Positions 61,154 to 64,000 of a DNA stretch of 64,000 nt are shown here, piece by piece. The first letter of the stretch is position 1, and each line of letters starts with the position of its first letter. The stretch comes from Squalus acanthias (taxonomy: Eukaryota), in NCBI GenBank assembly GCA_030390025.1, contig CM059441.1:21514001-21578000 (forward strand), given 5' to 3'. The notes beneath the pieces were generated by a model. The model had not been told where the DNA came from, searched no databases, and saw nothing but the letters and a program-made list of their open reading frames with translations. Position numbers and translations under genes: made by a program.

Positions 61154-62802
61154 TGTAAAGTTTCGCAATTATCGCGATTCGAAATAACGAGATAGAAGCA
61201 GATTCGTTTGAGCAGTTTATTTAAACGAAATGCTGTCATGATTAAACAGGACACACAGAAGCCTGTAAAATGGCCGCCGCGCATCGTGGCAGAAGTTTCC
61301 AGAAGTACAGTGGGCAGACAAGATGGCGTTCGAATAAACATTTTCGATAAGCACTGATAAAGACAGGATGCAACCTGTTTGCATTTGTGACAATAGCAAA
61401 AGATATGAGTGCTGGAATCGTTTTCCATGCACAAGTAAGGACCATTGTACTGGGCAATCGAAGGCCCATCCAGACACATCAACACGCAAATACCCCCACG
61501 GCTCTACAATGAGAGAGCCATTCTCGGGTGATTAAACAAATATCCGGGGCCCCCAAAACCCAGCCAGGGAGGCTCCGAGCCGGTTCAACAATGGGGAAAA
61601 CATTAACGGGTAGTTGGCCAGTCTCAGGTGCTACCAAAACCCGTTAAAGAGAAGAATCACCCCATGCTGGGAGTTTTGAGCGCCAATATTTCACAAAGGA
61701 CAAACATTAAGATTTGAGCGGGAGATAAGGGAACACAGCACTATAACTATAGACAACAAATGTCCATCGGTCTCTTATTCGCTCGAATCGGCTCTTATTC
61801 TCTTACTCCCTTGATTCGATTCTTATTCGCTTGATTCGTGCTCTTGTTTCTCTGGACTGTTGACTCTGGACTTTTAGCCGCACTGGACGGTGATTCGAAT
61901 GTTGGGTGGAGCTCAAACGGAACGAGCCGATTCGACGAAGGCCGGTAACCGGGTGCACCATCCCGAGTGTCGGTAAACGGTGTTCTGGACCCGAAGGCCC
62001 GAAGAGACGAGACGAGACGAGATGAGAAGAGAAGAAGAATCCACGTGCCGCCGCGGTCAGTAAACCCCGACCGCGCCGAATTTATACGAACTCTACAGGT
62101 TACTGCACGAACTGGTCAAAGACTCTTCTTTGAATTCTACCGGCAACCGGTGTCGGACACAGGAAGACTCTTCTTCGAACCGGGCCCGAGCACTGTTGAG
62201 TTCTTCATGACAACGGGGAGCCCAGCCTGCTTGCAGCAGCAGCGAAAGTAAACAAGTGGGGTACAGAGACCCCTCAAAACACATGACAGTCAGGCGCTGC
62301 AGCGAAACGAGCCGAGCGCCTCACTTTAAAATTCTCCGAAGTATCACGAGTGGTGAGCATGTTTCCCGATCCTACAAATCTAGATGTAGTGTAGGTATTA
62401 ATAGGGGAGGGTGGTTTTATTAAGCATAAAGTATAATGTGTTCCCCTTTTTACGATGTGCCGTGCGTTCTTCATTACCATAGACCAAGCTTTATGAATGT
62501 ATGTATACTTGTACTCTCGTTAATTTGTGCCTATGACATGTACTTCATGATTTTGGACGCTATGCAATAAAGATTTCCATTTCGTACTATTCAACCGGGT
62601 CTATTTGAGTTTTTCTCTGCATTACTGCTCTCGCACCTAAGTCCAGTGTTAGAACCGTAAGGGCGAGTGGGTCGAACCACTCACAGGTGCTTATTGCAAC
62701 AAGGCTGGCCGGAGACCAGAGCAAGCAATAGTATTGGGCAATGAAGGCCTAACCCCGCACCAGCACCGTCTGCGATACAAGCACGACATAGAACCCCTTA
62801 CA
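61154..62802 (+). mobile_element. Solo LTR, family A (1649 bp)
   Basis: TGTAAA...CTTACA, perfect TSD CTAT, AATAAA at ~62566; interrupts the Penelope RT (ISSY|LDSIFSPLV). Confidence 0.88.
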
Positions 62803-64000
62803 CTATCTCGACTCTATTTTTTCTCCCCTTGTCCAGTCTCTTCCCACCTACATTCTCTAGAATCTTCTGACGCCCTCCGCCACTTTAACAGTTTCCAGTT
62901 TCCTGGCCCCAACTGTCTTCTTTTCACTATGGACGTCCAATCCCTCTACACCTCTATCCCCCACCAGGATGGCCTGAGGACACTCCACTTCTTCCTTGAA
63001 CAGAGGCCCAACCAGTCCCCATCCACCACCACCCTCCTCCACCTGGCTGAACTTGTTCTCACGTTGAACAACTTCTCCTTTGACTCCACTCACTTCCTCC
63101 AAATTAAAGGTGTTGCTATGGGAACCCGCATGGGCCCTAGCTATGCCTGCCTTTTTGTGGGATATGTGGAACATTCTTTGCTCCAGTCCATTCAGGAGCC
63201 CTCCCTCACCTCTTTTTCCGGTACATTGACGAATGTATTGGTGCCGTTTCCTGCTCTCGCCCTGAACTAGAAAATTTCATTCACTTTGCTTCCAATTTCC
63301 TGCCTTCCCTCACCTTCATATGGTCCATCTCCGACTCTTCCCTTCCCTCCTTGACTTCTTTGTCTCCATTTCTGGGGCTAGGCTATCGACAAACATCCAC
63401 TACAAGCCCACTGACTCCCACAGCTACCTAGACTACACTTCCTCTATTCCAGTTTCTCCGTCTCCACCGCATCTGTTCTGACGATCCCACCATCCATACT
63501 AGTGCTTCCGATATTTCTTCCTTTTTCCTCAACCGAGGATTCCCCTCTACCGTGGTTGGCATGGCCCTCGACCGTGTCCGTTCCATTTCCCGCACTTTGG
63601 CTCTCACCCCTTCCCCTCCCTCCAGAACCACGATAGGGTTCCCCTTGTCCTCACCTTTCACCCCACTAGCCTCCACATTCAACGGATCAAACTCTGCCAT
63701 TTCCGCCACCTCCAGCGTGATCACACCACCAAATGCATCTTCCACTTCCCTCCCCTTTCTGCATTCCGAAGGGACCGCTCCCTCCACAACACCCTGGTCC
63801 ACTCCTCTATCACCTCCAACAGCCCCTCCCCATCCCACGGTACCTTCCCGTGCAAGTGCAGGAGATGCAACACCTGCCCTTTTACCTCCTCCCTTCCCAC
63901 TGTCCAGGGCCCCAAACACCCCTTCCAGGTGAAACAGCGATTTACTTTTACTTCTTGCAATTTAATATACTGTAGTCGCTGCTCACGATGCGGTCTCCTC
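62803..64000 (+). mobile_element. Penelope-like element, RT and start of the GIY-YIG endonuclease, frameshifted; runs off the window
   Basis: LFTMDVQSLYTSIP, KGVAMGTRMGPSYACLF, RYID, YKPTD, NLIYCSRCSRCGL. Confidence 0.9.

Overview
Vertebrate genomic DNA, very probably a cartilaginous fish. The taxon is inferred from the repeat repertoire: CR1 and L2 LINEs, tRNA-derived SINEs with L2 tails, and Penelope palindromes. Most of the window is transposon-derived: Harbinger elements and MITEs, CR1/L2, three ~1.64-kb solo LTRs, and Penelope-like elements. An ~18.9-kb-offset tandem segmental duplication occupies the first half. One host gene can be fully assembled by hand on the + strand (32130-55982): 9 exons, GT-AG at every junction, matching phases, 1941 nt = 646 aa. 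It encodes a type I Ig-superfamily receptor: leader-V-C2-V-C2-S/T stalk-TM-tail with ITSM/ITIMs, of the CD300/pIgR/MDIR type. The four-domain form comes from a recent internal duplication of a V+C2 cassette whose V loops have diverged much faster than the flanking intron. Other notable items: a minimal hammerhead ribozyme in a Penelope-derived palindrome, a SINE whose tail replaced the polypyrimidine tract of the TM exon, and a covarying hairpin shared by two otherwise dissimilar LTR families. All coordinates and counts were read by eye and may be off by a few nt.
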